Assembly: GCA_044508875.1 (NCBI GenBank)
Contig: JBIQHE010000020.1
Location: 3,402-67,401, forward strand
DNA: 64,000 nucleotides
Source of the DNA: Sphingomonadales bacterium
Lineage (GTDB): Bacteria > Pseudomonadota > Alphaproteobacteria > Sphingomonadales > Sphingomonadaceae
Reading direction: 5' to 3'
Below the pieces are notes generated by a model. The model was not told the DNA's origin. It saw only the letters and a list, made by a program, of their open reading frames with translations, and made no database searches. The translations under genes were made by a program, and so were the position numbers. Positions 53,814 to 62,964 of this stretch are shown piece after piece. Position 1 is the stretch's first letter. Each line of letters opens with the position of its first letter.

Positions 53814-53862
53814 GGCGCTTTAACCCTCCCCTGAAGAGGGGGATTGAAAGAGGAGAGAGACG

Positions 53863-54288
53863 ATGACTACCCCCGCGAACCAGGCGCCCACCGGCGGCCT
53901 GACCCCGCATCTCACCATAGGTGACAAACGCGCCAAGGACGCGATCGACTTTTACATCAACGCGTTCGGCGCGAGGGAGGTCACCCGCGTGCCAGCCGAA
54001 GATGGAGAGCGATTGATGCATGCCCATGTCCATATCAACGGGGCGTCGCTGATGATGCACGATGACTTCCCCGAATATTCGGGCGGCCCCGCTCCCGCGC
54101 CCGCAGGGACGGTGCTGCACCTGCAGGTTGACGACACCGACCGCTGGTACACCCGCGCGATCGAGGCCGGCGCGACCTCAGTAATGTCGCCCGAGAACAT
54201 GTTCTGGGGCGACCGCTATGCGCAGGTTCGAGATCCTTTCGGACATCTCTGGTCGATCGGTACGCCCTTGAAAGGAGAAGGACAATGA
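53863..54288 (+). CDS. VOC family protein (PhnB-like)
   Basis: 141 aa. LTPHLTIGDKRAKDAIDFY...MHAHVHINGASLMMHD...DPFGHLWSI. Confidence 0.7.
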   Translation: MTTPANQAPTGGLTPHLTIGDKRAKDAIDFYINAFGAREVTRVPAEDGERLMHAHVHINGASLMMHDDFPEYSGGPAPAPAGTVLHLQVDDTDRWYTRAIEAGATSVMSPENMFWGDRYAQVRDPFGHLWSIGTPLKGEGQ

Positions 54289-54770
54289 CCCGCAACCCCA
54301 TGACCCTCTGCCTGTGGTATGAAGGCAATGCCGAGGAAGCAGCCGCCTTTTACGCCGCGACCTTCAACAACAGTAGCGTCGACGCGGTGCACCGGGCTCC
54401 TCTCGACACGCCGGGCAACAAGGAGGGCGAGGTGCTCGCGGTCGACTTCACGCTGCTCGGCACGCCATGCATCGGGATCAACGGTCCGCCGATCTTCAAG
54501 CATAATGAATCTTTCTCCTTCCAGGTCCACACCGACACGCAGGAGGAAACCGACCGGCTCTGGGATGCGATCGTCGGGAGCGGCGGCGAGGAAAGTGTAT
54601 GCGGCTGGTGCAAGGACAAGTGGGGGGTATCGTGGCAGATTACCCCGCGCGCGCTGACCAATGCGACAATGGGAAGCGACAAGGCCTTGGCGAAACGTGC
54701 GTTCGAGGCGATGATGAAGATGAAGAAAATCGACATCGCCGCCATCGAAGCTGCGGTCAGCGCCGCGTGA
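54285..54770 (+). CDS. VOC superfamily protein, 3-demethylubiquinone-9 3-methyltransferase-like domain (PhnB/YjdN-like)
   Basis: 161 aa. LCLWYEGNAEEAAAFY and CGWCKDKWGVSWQI. ATGA overlap with the previous gene. Confidence 0.7.
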   Translation: MTRNPMTLCLWYEGNAEEAAAFYAATFNNSSVDAVHRAPLDTPGNKEGEVLAVDFTLLGTPCIGINGPPIFKHNESFSFQVHTDTQEETDRLWDAIVGSGGEESVCGWCKDKWGVSWQITPRALTNATMGSDKALAKRAFEAMMKMKKIDIAAIEAAVSAA

Positions 54771-54845
54771 CGGCCGCGCCGCGGCGCGCGGGGGTCCGCG
54801 CCTGGCTGATCGCGGGAACGTTCGATATCGCCCTATGCTGCCGGG

Positions 54846-55232
54846 ATGACCTTGATCGCGGGCGGCAGTGTCGGCGGCATGCTCCGCGGCGTCGCGAGCG
54901 GGCCTTTTCCCGGCGCGCACGCTTGGGGCACGGGGGGCGCGATCGCCGGGCTCGGTGTCCATTTTGCGCTGATGGCGGCGATGGTAGCGGCATGGTTCGC
55001 CGCCGTCCGCCGCTGGCCCGCGCTCGGCGCCCGGCCCTGGTGGATCAGCGGCACGATCTATGGCATTTCCCTTTATCTGGTGATGAACGCCATTGTCCTG
55101 CCGATCCGCTTTGGATCGCCTTTTCCGCCCGCGGATATCGCGAGAGCCGCCGCGCTTTTCCTTCCCCACATCTTCCTCGTCGGCTGGCCGATCGCCTGGT
55201 TCGCGCGCAACAAGGAGACCCGTTCATGCTGA
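54846..55232 (+). CDS. Small polytopic membrane protein, unknown function (5' end possibly disrupted; see findings)
   Basis: 128 aa from ATG 54846 with 3 hydrophobic segments. An in-frame stop lies at 54807-54809. A GTG at 54767 in another frame encodes a plausible missing N-terminal helix. Confidence 0.5.
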   Translation: MTLIAGGSVGGMLRGVASGPFPGAHAWGTGGAIAGLGVHFALMAAMVAAWFAAVRRWPALGARPWWISGTIYGISLYLVMNAIVLPIRFGSPFPPADIARAAALFLPHIFLVGWPIAWFARNKETRSC

Positions 55233-55879
55233 TCTTTTATGGCCACCCATTCTCCTCCTACACCTGGAAGGCGCTGATCGCGCTTTACGAAAAGGACATC
55301 CCGTTCGAGTACAGATCGGTCGACCCTGAATTTCCGTCCCATATGCCGGAGCTCAAGGCGCACTGGCCGGTGGGGCAATTCCCGCTGATCGTGCTTGACG
55401 GGACGCCGATTTTCGAATCGTCGATCATCATCGAGTATCTCGACCACCTGGTCCCGGAACCGAAGATGGTTCCAGCGGCGTTCGAGCCTGCCCTGAGGGT
55501 GCGCTTTCTCGACCGCATCTTCGACCTTCATGTGATGAACAAGATGCAGGCGGTCGTTGCCGACGCGCTGCGCGGGCCCGACGCGCATGTTCCCGCGATC
55601 CGCACCGAATGCGAGACGGCGCTGGAGAGGGTCTACGGCTGGCTCGACAAGGAGCTGGCCCCCGGCGGATGGGCAACCCTCCACGGTTTTACTCTCGCCG
55701 ATTGCGCGGCAGCGCCCTCGCTCTTCTACGCCGACTGGCTCTACCGGATCTCTGAGCGGTACGAGAATCTGCGCGGCTACCGAGCAAGGCTCCTCGCCCA
55801 TCCATCGGTCAAGCGCTGCGTCGATGATGCACGCCCCTACCGCTCCTATTTCCCTTTCGGGGCGCCCGATCGCGACTGA
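55226..55879 (+). CDS. Glutathione S-transferase family protein
   Basis: 217 aa from ATG 55226. FPLIVLDGTPIFESSIIIEYL. Overlaps the upstream gene by 7 nt. Confidence 0.8.
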   Translation: MLIFYGHPFSSYTWKALIALYEKDIPFEYRSVDPEFPSHMPELKAHWPVGQFPLIVLDGTPIFESSIIIEYLDHLVPEPKMVPAAFEPALRVRFLDRIFDLHVMNKMQAVVADALRGPDAHVPAIRTECETALERVYGWLDKELAPGGWATLHGFTLADCAAAPSLFYADWLYRISERYENLRGYRARLLAHPSVKRCVDDARPYRSYFPFGAPDRD

Positions 55880-55968
55880 CCCCCCGGCGCTGCCCCATAA
55901 TGGGGTTAATGCCGCACTGACTGCGCCTGTTTGCCCTTTGCTAGCCGCGCGCGCGCGAAGGTGGTGGC

Positions 55969-56757
55969 ATGGTTTTACCGGCTGCCCTCGCCCGCACGCT
56001 GATCGTCGCCACTTTCGCGGCGCTGCTCGCCTTGGCCCCGGCGCATGCCCAGACATTCGTCACGGTGACCACGACAACGGTGACCTGGACCTATGGGAGC
56101 GGGCAGGATAGCGACGACGAAGAATTCGCGGGATGGCTGCTCGAAGGCGAGGCGTTCGACGAAGAGGCGCTTACCCCCGAGACCGATAGGGGCGGGGCGC
56201 GGCGTTATGCGCCTTCGCCCGCGCTTTTGGCGCGCGGTCCCGCAAAGACGCATTTCGGTCCCTTCGCGGTCATCGACGCCGAAACGGCACAAATGGCGGG
56301 TGATGTGACCGCGGCGACGCCGCGCCAGTTCGCGGCGATGCTCGCCGCCTACCCCGGGCTCCGGCGGATCGAGATGATCGACTGCCCCGGCAGCCTCGAC
56401 GAGGAAGCGAACCTGGTCCTCGCCCGCGCAATCCGCCGCGCCGGGCTGGAGACGATCGTGCCCGCGGGGGGCTCGGTGCGGTCGGGCGCGGTCGAGTTGT
56501 GGCTCGCGGGCGTCCGCCGCCGCGCCGCAGCCGATGCCGAATTCGGCGTGCATAGCTGGATCGACGAGGATGGCCGGCAGGCGAACGACTACCCTGCCGG
56601 CCACCCGGTCCACGGTGAATACCTCTCCTATTACCGCGAGATGGGTATGGACGATACAAAGGCTCGCGACTTCTATGCCCTGACCAACAGCACTGCCTAC
56701 GACGATGTCCGCTATCTGACGCGCGGCGACATGGCGCGCTTCGTAGCGCTCGATTAA
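55969..56757 (+). CDS. Hypothetical exported protein
   Basis: 262 aa with a signal peptide ending APAHAQ, a Thr-rich stretch VTVTTTTVTWTY and an acidic segment. Only a weak resemblance to periplasmic ClpP-like (COG3904-type) proteins, so not assigned. Confidence 0.45.
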   Translation: MVLPAALARTLIVATFAALLALAPAHAQTFVTVTTTTVTWTYGSGQDSDDEEFAGWLLEGEAFDEEALTPETDRGGARRYAPSPALLARGPAKTHFGPFAVIDAETAQMAGDVTAATPRQFAAMLAAYPGLRRIEMIDCPGSLDEEANLVLARAIRRAGLETIVPAGGSVRSGAVELWLAGVRRRAAADAEFGVHSWIDEDGRQANDYPAGHPVHGEYLSYYREMGMDDTKARDFYALTNSTAYDDVRYLTRGDMARFVALD

Positions 56758-56854
56758 GTTCCTCTTGGCTTCGCTGCCGCGGAGCCGCGAAAGCCTGCGA
56801 AAGCGCGCTGCCCTAGCCTTGCAACACGGATTTCGCCTTCCCACATCGCCAGGC

Positions 56855-57166
56855 ATGGAGAAGCCCGGCCTTTACCAGCGATTGCGCTCGAACGCGCAGG
56901 TGCGCTTCACGCTCTTCCTGCTCGGCTTGCTGCTGATGATCGTAGCGCCGATTGTCGGCCCGCTGCCAGGGCCCGGTTTCATCATCCTCTTTCCCGCCGG
57001 ACTGATGCTGAGCTTGCAAAACAGCCCTTGGGCGAAACGCGCCTATGTACGCTTCAAGCGGCGCCATCCCCGCTACGCAGCATGGACCGATCGCATCATG
57101 CGACGCGCGAGCGCCGCGCGGCGACGCGCGCGCGAAGCGCTGGAAAAGGCGTCCGATGACGATTGA
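56855..57166 (+). CDS. Small membrane protein with PGPG motif (PGPGW-like)
   Basis: 103 aa from ATG 56855. IVAPIVGPLPGPGFIILFPAGLMLSL, then a basic tail. Confidence 0.5.
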   Translation: MEKPGLYQRLRSNAQVRFTLFLLGLLLMIVAPIVGPLPGPGFIILFPAGLMLSLQNSPWAKRAYVRFKRRHPRYAAWTDRIMRRASAARRRAREALEKASDDD

Positions 57167-57267
57167 CTTTGCGCCGACTCTCGCTTATCCGCGCCCCCAT
57201 TGGCGGCCGCCTGCATTTGGCGGCCCTTTTTCGTTGCAACGATTGAAGAGATTTTGGGGATTTCGCG

Positions 57268-57402
57268 ATGAAGCGTACCTATCAACCGAGCCGCCTCGTG
57301 CGCAAGCGCCGTCACGGGTTCCGCGCCCGCAAGGCCACTGTCGGCGGCCGCAAGGTCCTTGCCGCCCGCCGCGCGCGCGGCCGCAAGAAGCTGTCGGCCT
57401 AA
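57268..57402 (+). CDS. rpmH: 50S ribosomal protein L34
   Basis: 44 aa, not listed in the ORF track because it is under 60 aa. Hand translation gives [44 protein letters not shown], with TAA at 57400-57402. Confidence 0.95.
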   Translation: MKRTYQPSRLVRKRRHGFRARKATVGGRKVLAARRARGRKKLSA

Positions 57403-57425
57403 GCGCCGACGCTTCGGCGCCAGCA

Positions 57426-57770
57426 ATGCTGGTGCGAACTCTTACCAAACGTAGCGAATTCCTGGCCGCAAATCGCGGCCTTCGCTTTCCCATGCCCGGC
57501 TTTGTGCTGCTCGTCCGCCCACGCGGCGACGCGGACAGGGGCATCGGCATCGGCTACACGGTCAGCAAGAAGGTCGGCAATGCCGTTACCCGCAACCGGA
57601 TGAAGCGCCGGCTGCGCGCCCTCGCGCGCACGGCGCTGCCCGGATCGGGGATCGCGGGGGCCGACCATGTGCTCATCGGCCGTCCGGGCGGCAATGATAT
57701 CCTCTTTGCCGAATTGGGCGGACATCTTGATACAGCTCTGAGGCGGGCCGCAAAGAAGCTGGCGCAATGA
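57426..57770 (+). CDS. rnpA: Ribonuclease P protein component
   Basis: 114 aa from ATG 57426. GYTVSKKVGNAVTRNRMKRRLR. Immediately follows rpmH. Confidence 0.9.
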   Translation: MLVRTLTKRSEFLAANRGLRFPMPGFVLLVRPRGDADRGIGIGYTVSKKVGNAVTRNRMKRRLRALARTALPGSGIAGADHVLIGRPGGNDILFAELGGHLDTALRRAAKKLAQ

Positions 57771-57873
57771 CCGGTGAGGGCGCAGCCTCTCCGTCCCCTC
57801 CTGGCGGTCATGCGCAAAAGTGCGCGGAGATCCGAAGCATACCGCGAGCCGAGCGGTTTCCCGGGGTTTTGCG

Positions 57874-58086
57874 ATGATCGCTCGCCTACTCATCCTGCTT
57901 GCACGCGCCTGGCAAGTTGGTCCATCGCGCATACTGCCGCCAACGTGCCGCTATGCGCCGTCATGCAGCGAGTATGCGATCATTGCCCTGCAGCGCCATG
58001 GTGCGATCAAGGGTGGCTGGTTGGCGACAAAGCGGCTATTGCGCTGCCACCCCTGGGGCGGGCATGGCCATGACCCGGTTCCGTGA
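57874..58086 (+). CDS. yidD: Membrane protein insertion efficiency factor YidD
   Basis: 70 aa from ATG 57874. CRYAPSCSEYA...RLLRCHPW. Confidence 0.9.
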   Translation: MIARLLILLARAWQVGPSRILPPTCRYAPSCSEYAIIALQRHGAIKGGWLATKRLLRCHPWGGHGHDPVP

Positions 58087-58131
58087 CGGCCCGAATCCCG
58101 ACATTTTTGAGACGAAGAGAGACCGAAGAGC

Positions 58132-59889
58132 GTGGACGACAAGCGTAACCTGATCGCGGCAATATTGTTGTCGGCGGCCATCCTGCTGGGGTGGAATTTC
58201 GTCGCCGACCGCTTTTTTCCGACCCCCGCCAAGCCCGACGTGACCACGACTGTCGCCGGAAGTGACAGCGCGGCCCCGATCGCCACGCCGCCGACGCAGG
58301 GCCAGCCCACCGCTCTGCCCGCGCCTGGTGCCCCGGCGCCCGCTGCCCCCGCGCCGCAGGCGATCCGTCCCGTCGAGGTCGTTCTGGCCGATGGCAATCG
58401 CATCCCGATCGAGACACCTGCGCTATCGGGTTCAATAAACCTCGTCGGTGCGCGCATCGACGACATCACGCTCACGAAGTACCGCCAGACGATCGACAAG
58501 GATGCGCCCCCGGTTCGCCTGTTCGCGCCGGGCGGGACCAAGGGCGCCTATTTCGCCAGTCTCGGTTGGTCGGCGCAGGGGATCGCGGTACCCGGCCCCG
58601 CCACTCTGTGGACCGCAACCGGCACGAAACTGACGCCGACGACGCCGGTGACGCTCAGCTGGACGAACGGCACCGGCCAGAGCTTTCGCATCGAATATAG
58701 CATCGACGATCATTATCTGATCACCGCAAAGCAGACGATTGCCAACAGCAGCACCGCGCCAGTGATCGCCAGCAGCTATGCGCTGATCGACCGGCAGGGG
58801 AAGCCGACCGATCCCCACGAACAGAGCAGCTGGACTATCCATATCGGCCCGACCGGCTATCTGGGCGGAAAGTCGATCCTCGATGTCGACTATAAGGATC
58901 TCGATGAGAGCGGCCCCGCCAAATATGAGAGCGCGGCCTGGCTCGGCTTCACCGACAAATACTGGCTCGCCGCGATTGTCCCTTCGCAGAACGAACGCGT
59001 CGACGCGTCGCTGAGCGCGCCAACACCCGATAATTACCAGGCACTCTTCGCTCGCAAGTTTGCGACGGTAGCGCCCGGACGCCAGCAGACCACCACGAGC
59101 CACATCTTTGCAGGCGCCAAGGAAGTCAGCGTCCTTGAGACCTATACGAAGAAGCTGGGCATTACGCGCCTGTCGCATGCGATCGACTGGGGCTGGTTCG
59201 ATTTCTTCGAAATTCCGATCTTCAAGCTGCTCGACTGGTTGTTCAAGCAGGTAGGCAATTTCGGCGTCGCTATCATGCTGCTCACTGTGGTCATTCGCGC
59301 CGCGATGTTCCCGATCGCGCAGCGGCAGTTCCATTCGATGGCGCAAATGCGGCTCGTCCAGCCGAAGATGAAGGCGCTCCAGGAACGCTACAAGGACGAC
59401 AAGCCGCGGCAACAGCAGGAGCTCATGAAGCTCTACAAGGACGAGAAAATCAACCCGCTCGCCGGCTGTCTGCCAATCCTCCTCCAGATTCCGATCTTCT
59501 ATGCACTCTACAAGGTGCTGATGCTGACCATCGAAATGCGGCACCAGCCGTTCGCTTTGTGGATCAGGGACCTCTCGGCGCCGGACCCTGCGCAATTCCT
59601 CAACCTCTTCGGGCTGCTGCCCTTCACTCCGCCTTCCTTCCTCGGCATCGGAGTGCTGGCGCTGATCCTGGGCATCACCATGTGGCTCCAGTTCCGCCTG
59701 AATCCGCAGGCGACCGACCCGGTGCAGCAGCAGGTGTTCAAGATCATGCCGTGGCTGTTCATGTTCATCATGGCACCCTTCGCGGCCGGGCTCCTGCTCT
59801 ACTGGATCACCAACAACTGCCTGTCGATCGCCCAGCAGCAGTGGATGTACCGCAAGTTCCCGCAGCTCAAAGCGGCGCCGGTGAAGTGA
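58132..59889 (+). CDS. yidC: Membrane protein insertase YidC
   Basis: 585 aa with a GTG start. N-terminal TM segment, large periplasmic domain, and the conserved core GCLPILLQIPIFYALY...WITNNCLSIAQQ. Confidence 0.95.
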   Translation: MDDKRNLIAAILLSAAILLGWNFVADRFFPTPAKPDVTTTVAGSDSAAPIATPPTQGQPTALPAPGAPAPAAPAPQAIRPVEVVLADGNRIPIETPALSGSINLVGARIDDITLTKYRQTIDKDAPPVRLFAPGGTKGAYFASLGWSAQGIAVPGPATLWTATGTKLTPTTPVTLSWTNGTGQSFRIEYSIDDHYLITAKQTIANSSTAPVIASSYALIDRQGKPTDPHEQSSWTIHIGPTGYLGGKSILDVDYKDLDESGPAKYESAAWLGFTDKYWLAAIVPSQNERVDASLSAPTPDNYQALFARKFATVAPGRQQTTTSHIFAGAKEVSVLETYTKKLGITRLSHAIDWGWFDFFEIPIFKLLDWLFKQVGNFGVAIMLLTVVIRAAMFPIAQRQFHSMAQMRLVQPKMKALQERYKDDKPRQQQELMKLYKDEKINPLAGCLPILLQIPIFYALYKVLMLTIEMRHQPFALWIRDLSAPDPAQFLNLFGLLPFTPPSFLGIGVLALILGITMWLQFRLNPQATDPVQQQVFKIMPWLFMFIMAPFAAGLLLYWITNNCLSIAQQQWMYRKFPQLKAAPVK

Positions 59890-59907
59890 GGTTCGGCCAG
59901 GGCAACG

Positions 59908-60555
59908 ATGATGAACGATGATGCGGCTAACGACCGCCCCGAACGGGCGCGCAAGCTGTTTTCGGGGCCGATCGCCTTTCTGAAATCGGCCCCTGCGCTC
60001 CAGCATCTGCCCGCGCCCTCGGTACCGGAGATCGCCTTTGCGGGGCGATCGAACGTCGGCAAATCGTCGCTGCTCAACGCGCTGACGAACCGCAACGGTC
60101 TGGCCCGAACCTCGGTGACCCCGGGGCGGACGCAGGAGCTCAACTATTTCGACGTGGGCGCACCCCTGGTGTTCCGGTTGGTCGACATGCCAGGCTATGG
60201 CTTTGCGAAGGCGCCCAAGGATGTCGTCAAGAAATGGCGCTTCCTCGTGAACGATTATCTGCGCGGCCGTCAGGTGTTGAAGCGCACTTTGGTGCTGATC
60301 GACAGTCGCCACGGGATCAAGGACGTCGACCGCGAAATACTCGAAATGCTCGACGTCGCGGCGGTCAGCTATCGCCTCGTGCTCACCAAGGCCGACAAGA
60401 TCAAGGCGAGCGACCTCGCCGCGGTCCATGCGGCGACCGAGGCGGAGGCGCGCAAGCACCCCGCCGCACACCCCGAGGTGATCGCGACGAGCAGCGAAAA
60501 GGGTATGGGGATCGCCGAGCTCAGGACGGCCGTGCTGGAGGCGGTGGAGAGTTGA
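59908..60555 (+). CDS. engB: Ribosome biogenesis GTP-binding protein YihA/EngB
   Basis: 215 aa. G1 [15 protein letters not shown]3 DMPGYG, G4 TKADK. Confidence 0.9.
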   Translation: MMNDDAANDRPERARKLFSGPIAFLKSAPALQHLPAPSVPEIAFAGRSNVGKSSLLNALTNRNGLARTSVTPGRTQELNYFDVGAPLVFRLVDMPGYGFAKAPKDVVKKWRFLVNDYLRGRQVLKRTLVLIDSRHGIKDVDREILEMLDVAAVSYRLVLTKADKIKASDLAAVHAATEAEARKHPAAHPEVIATSSEKGMGIAELRTAVLEAVES

Positions 60556-60601
60556 CGAAACGCCTCCCCTCCCGCAAGCGGGAGAGGAATCTGGAGATCC
60601 C

Positions 60602-61273
60602 ATGAAACTCTTCCTCGGCAACAAGGCCTATTCAAGCTGGAGTCTGCGCGGCTGGCTGGCCGCCAAGCAAAGCGGGCTGGCGTTCGAGGAGATCACCGTC
60701 CCGCTTTATGACGAGGACTGGTCGAACCGCCGCGAAGGCGACGAGTTCGCACCCTCGGGCGGCAAGGTACCCATATTGTGGGACGGCGACGATATCGTGG
60801 TCTGGGATAGCCTTGCCATCATCGACTATCTGAACGAAAAAACGGCCGGCACGCGGGGATACTGGCCCGAGGACATGGCGGCGCGGGCGATGGCGCGATC
60901 GATGGCGGCCGAGATGCATTCGAGCTTTTCAGCGCTCCGCCGCAGTCACAGCATGAATATCCGCCGCATCTACCCCGCGACCGAGCTCGCTCCCGACGTA
61001 CAGGCCGACGTGGTGCGCATTATGCAGATCTGGGCAGAGGCACGCGCGCGCTTCGGCGGCGAAGGCGATTATCTTTTCGGTGATTGGTCGGCTGCCGACA
61101 TGATGTTCGCACCCGTCGTCACGCGCTTCATCACTTACTCGATTCCCCTGCCGCGATTTGCCCTGCCCTATTGCCAGGCGGTGATCAGCCATCCGTACAT
61201 GCAGGAATGGATCGGCGGCGCGCAGGCCGAGGACTGGGTGATCGAGGCCTTCGAGGGGCCGGTGGAGGGCTAG
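60602..61273 (+). CDS. Glutathione S-transferase family protein
   Basis: 223 aa. GNKAYSSWSLRGWL..., KVPILWDGDDIVVWDSLAIIDYL. Confidence 0.75.
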   Translation: MKLFLGNKAYSSWSLRGWLAAKQSGLAFEEITVPLYDEDWSNRREGDEFAPSGGKVPILWDGDDIVVWDSLAIIDYLNEKTAGTRGYWPEDMAARAMARSMAAEMHSSFSALRRSHSMNIRRIYPATELAPDVQADVVRIMQIWAEARARFGGEGDYLFGDWSAADMMFAPVVTRFITYSIPLPRFALPYCQAVISHPYMQEWIGGAQAEDWVIEAFEGPVEG

Positions 61274-61737
61274 GGCAGCCGCTTCACGGGATAGGGCGTC
61301 CCATCCTTGTGCGTATAGCCGTTTGGCGTGAAGAGCATGTCGATATCGGAATAGCCCCCGCCGATGTCGTATTTTTTCCCGCCGCCGAGCGCGACGAACA
61401 CGCAGTCAGCATCCGATTCATTGATCAGATGATGGCCGTTGGTGCTGCCCTTGGGCCAGACCGCCACGTCGCCGGGGCGCATCAGGGTGCGGCCATCGTC
61501 CTCGATCAGCACCGCCTCGCCCGCAATCATTACCAGCATCTCGTCCTCGCCATCATGCCAGTGCCGTTGCGACGACCAGGCTCCGGGCTTGAGTACTACA
61601 TGGCTCGCGGTGAAATCCGTAAGTCCGGTGGCGGGAGCGAGGCGGCGGTACCAGCGGCCTTCAACCGCCTTGTCAAAGGGCGCGGGATAGCCCGTCGCGT
61701 TGGTTTGCGGGATGGCTTCAAGGTTGACCCTGGGCAT
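61270..61737 (-). CDS. Cupin domain protein
   Basis: 155 aa from ATG 61737. Only the 3' third of the ORF track's 465-aa frame is credible. Cupin motifs SSQRHWHDGEDEMLVMIAGE and GHHLIN. Confidence 0.7.
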   Translation of the reverse strand: MPRVNLEAIPQTNATGYPAPFDKAVEGRWYRRLAPATGLTDFTASHVVLKPGAWSSQRHWHDGEDEMLVMIAGEAVLIEDDGRTLMRPGDVAVWPKGSTNGHHLINESDADCVFVALGGGKKYDIGGGYSDIDMLFTPNGYTHKDGTPYPVKRLP

Positions 61738-61830
61738 AAAGTTCCCCTTCTCTGTTCCCGCTTTGTTTGCACAAGAGCGGCGCAATGCAAAGCCTCGACT
61801 TGGTGTGGCGCGAACGGGTAAGGAAACTGC

Positions 61831-62964
61831 ATGACCCACGGCATTGATCCCATCGACCTCGCAAAGGCCCTCATCGCCGCCCCCAGCGTGACCCCCGCGG
61901 CCGGCGCGGTGTTCGACGTGCTGGAGGACGCGTTGGCGCCGCTCGGTTTCGCCGTCGAGCGCTTCATCGACGGGATCGAGCCCGACGGCCCGGTCGAGAA
62001 TTTGCTTGCCGTCCGATCGGGCAAGGGACCGGTGCATTTCGGCTTTGCCGGGCATCTTGACGTCGTGCCGCCCGGGGTGGGCTGGAGCGGCGATGCCTTC
62101 GTTCCCGAGGTACGCGGCGAACTGCTCTACGGGCGCGGCGCAGTCGACATGAAGGGTGCGATCGCGGCTTTTGTCGCGGCGGTCGCCGCGACCCCCGCCG
62201 AGGCGGGGACCATCAGCCTGATCATCACCGGCGACGAGGAAGGCCCCGCGGTGTTTGGTACGCGCGCGCTCATCGAGCATATGGACGCGCGCGGCGTCAG
62301 GCCGGACATGATCCTGGTCGGCGAGCCGACTTCGGCGCGGCAGGTTGGCGATATGGTAAAGATCGGACGGCGAGGGTCGGTCAATATCTGGATCGACGTG
62401 CCCGGCACTCAGGGTCATGTCGCCTATCCCCACCTGGCCGACAATCCGATCCCCAAACTGGTACGGATCCTCGCCGCGATCGATACGGTAACCCTCGATG
62501 AGGGGACCGAATGGTTCCAGCCATCGAACATCGAATTTACCGACATCGAAGTTGGCAATGGCGCGACCAACGTCATCCCCGCGTCGGCGCGGGCACGCTT
62601 GTCGATCCGCTTCAACGACCAGCAGAAGGGCGCCGATCTCGTCGAGATGATCGAGCGCATCGCGCACGATGTCGAACCCGGCGCGAAGGTCATGGGCAAG
62701 ATTTCGGGGGAAGCGTTTCTGACCCCGCCCGGCGAATTATCCTCGCTGGTCGCAGAGGCAATCCATGCGGAGACCGACATCCTCCCAGAGCTGTCGACGA
62801 CGGGAGGAACGTCGGACGCGCGCTTTCTTCACGCACTCTGCCCCGTGGTCGAGTTTGGACTGACCAACGCGACAATGCACAAGCTCGATGAGGCGGTGGC
62901 AATCGAAGATTTGCGCCGGCTGGCTGCCATCTACCGCGGAATTTTAATGCGGGCGTTCCTCTAG
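61831..62964 (+). CDS. dapE: Succinyl-diaminopimelate desuccinylase
   Basis: 377 aa. FAGHLDVVP, GRGAVDMKG, ITGDEEG and LVGEPTS. Confidence 0.9.
   Translation: MTHGIDPIDLAKALIAAPSVTPAAGAVFDVLEDALAPLGFAVERFIDGIEPDGPVENLLAVRSGKGPVHFGFAGHLDVVPPGVGWSGDAFVPEVRGELLYGRGAVDMKGAIAAFVAAVAATPAEAGTISLIITGDEEGPAVFGTRALIEHMDARGVRPDMILVGEPTSARQVGDMVKIGRRGSVNIWIDVPGTQGHVAYPHLADNPIPKLVRILAAIDTVTLDEGTEWFQPSNIEFTDIEVGNGATNVIPASARARLSIRFNDQQKGADLVEMIERIAHDVEPGAKVMGKISGEAFLTPPGELSSLVAEAIHAETDILPELSTTGGTSDARFLHALCPVVEFGLTNATMHKLDEAVAIEDLRRLAAIYRGILMRAFL

Noticed and set aside
57185-57193. DnaA-box-like TTATCCGCG upstream of rpmH, hinting at a replication origin as in the rpmH-dnaA neighbourhood of other phyla
   Set aside because: It is a single 7-of-9 match. 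There is no cluster of boxes, no A/T-rich unwinding element and no dnaA gene nearby. Alphaproteobacterial origins are normally not located at rpmH.
58432-60624. 730-aa ORF on the minus strand, the longest unassigned ORF in the track
   Set aside because: It lies entirely antisense to yidC and engB, which carry unmistakable motifs. Its translation is Arg/Gly/Pro/Asp-rich with no motifs. This is the typical shadow ORF of a high-GC genome.
61738-62667. Upstream two-thirds of the 465-aa minus-strand ORF
   Set aside because: It is antisense to dapE, which has clear M20 motifs. Only the 155-aa cupin from ATG 61737 has a plausible start and domain.
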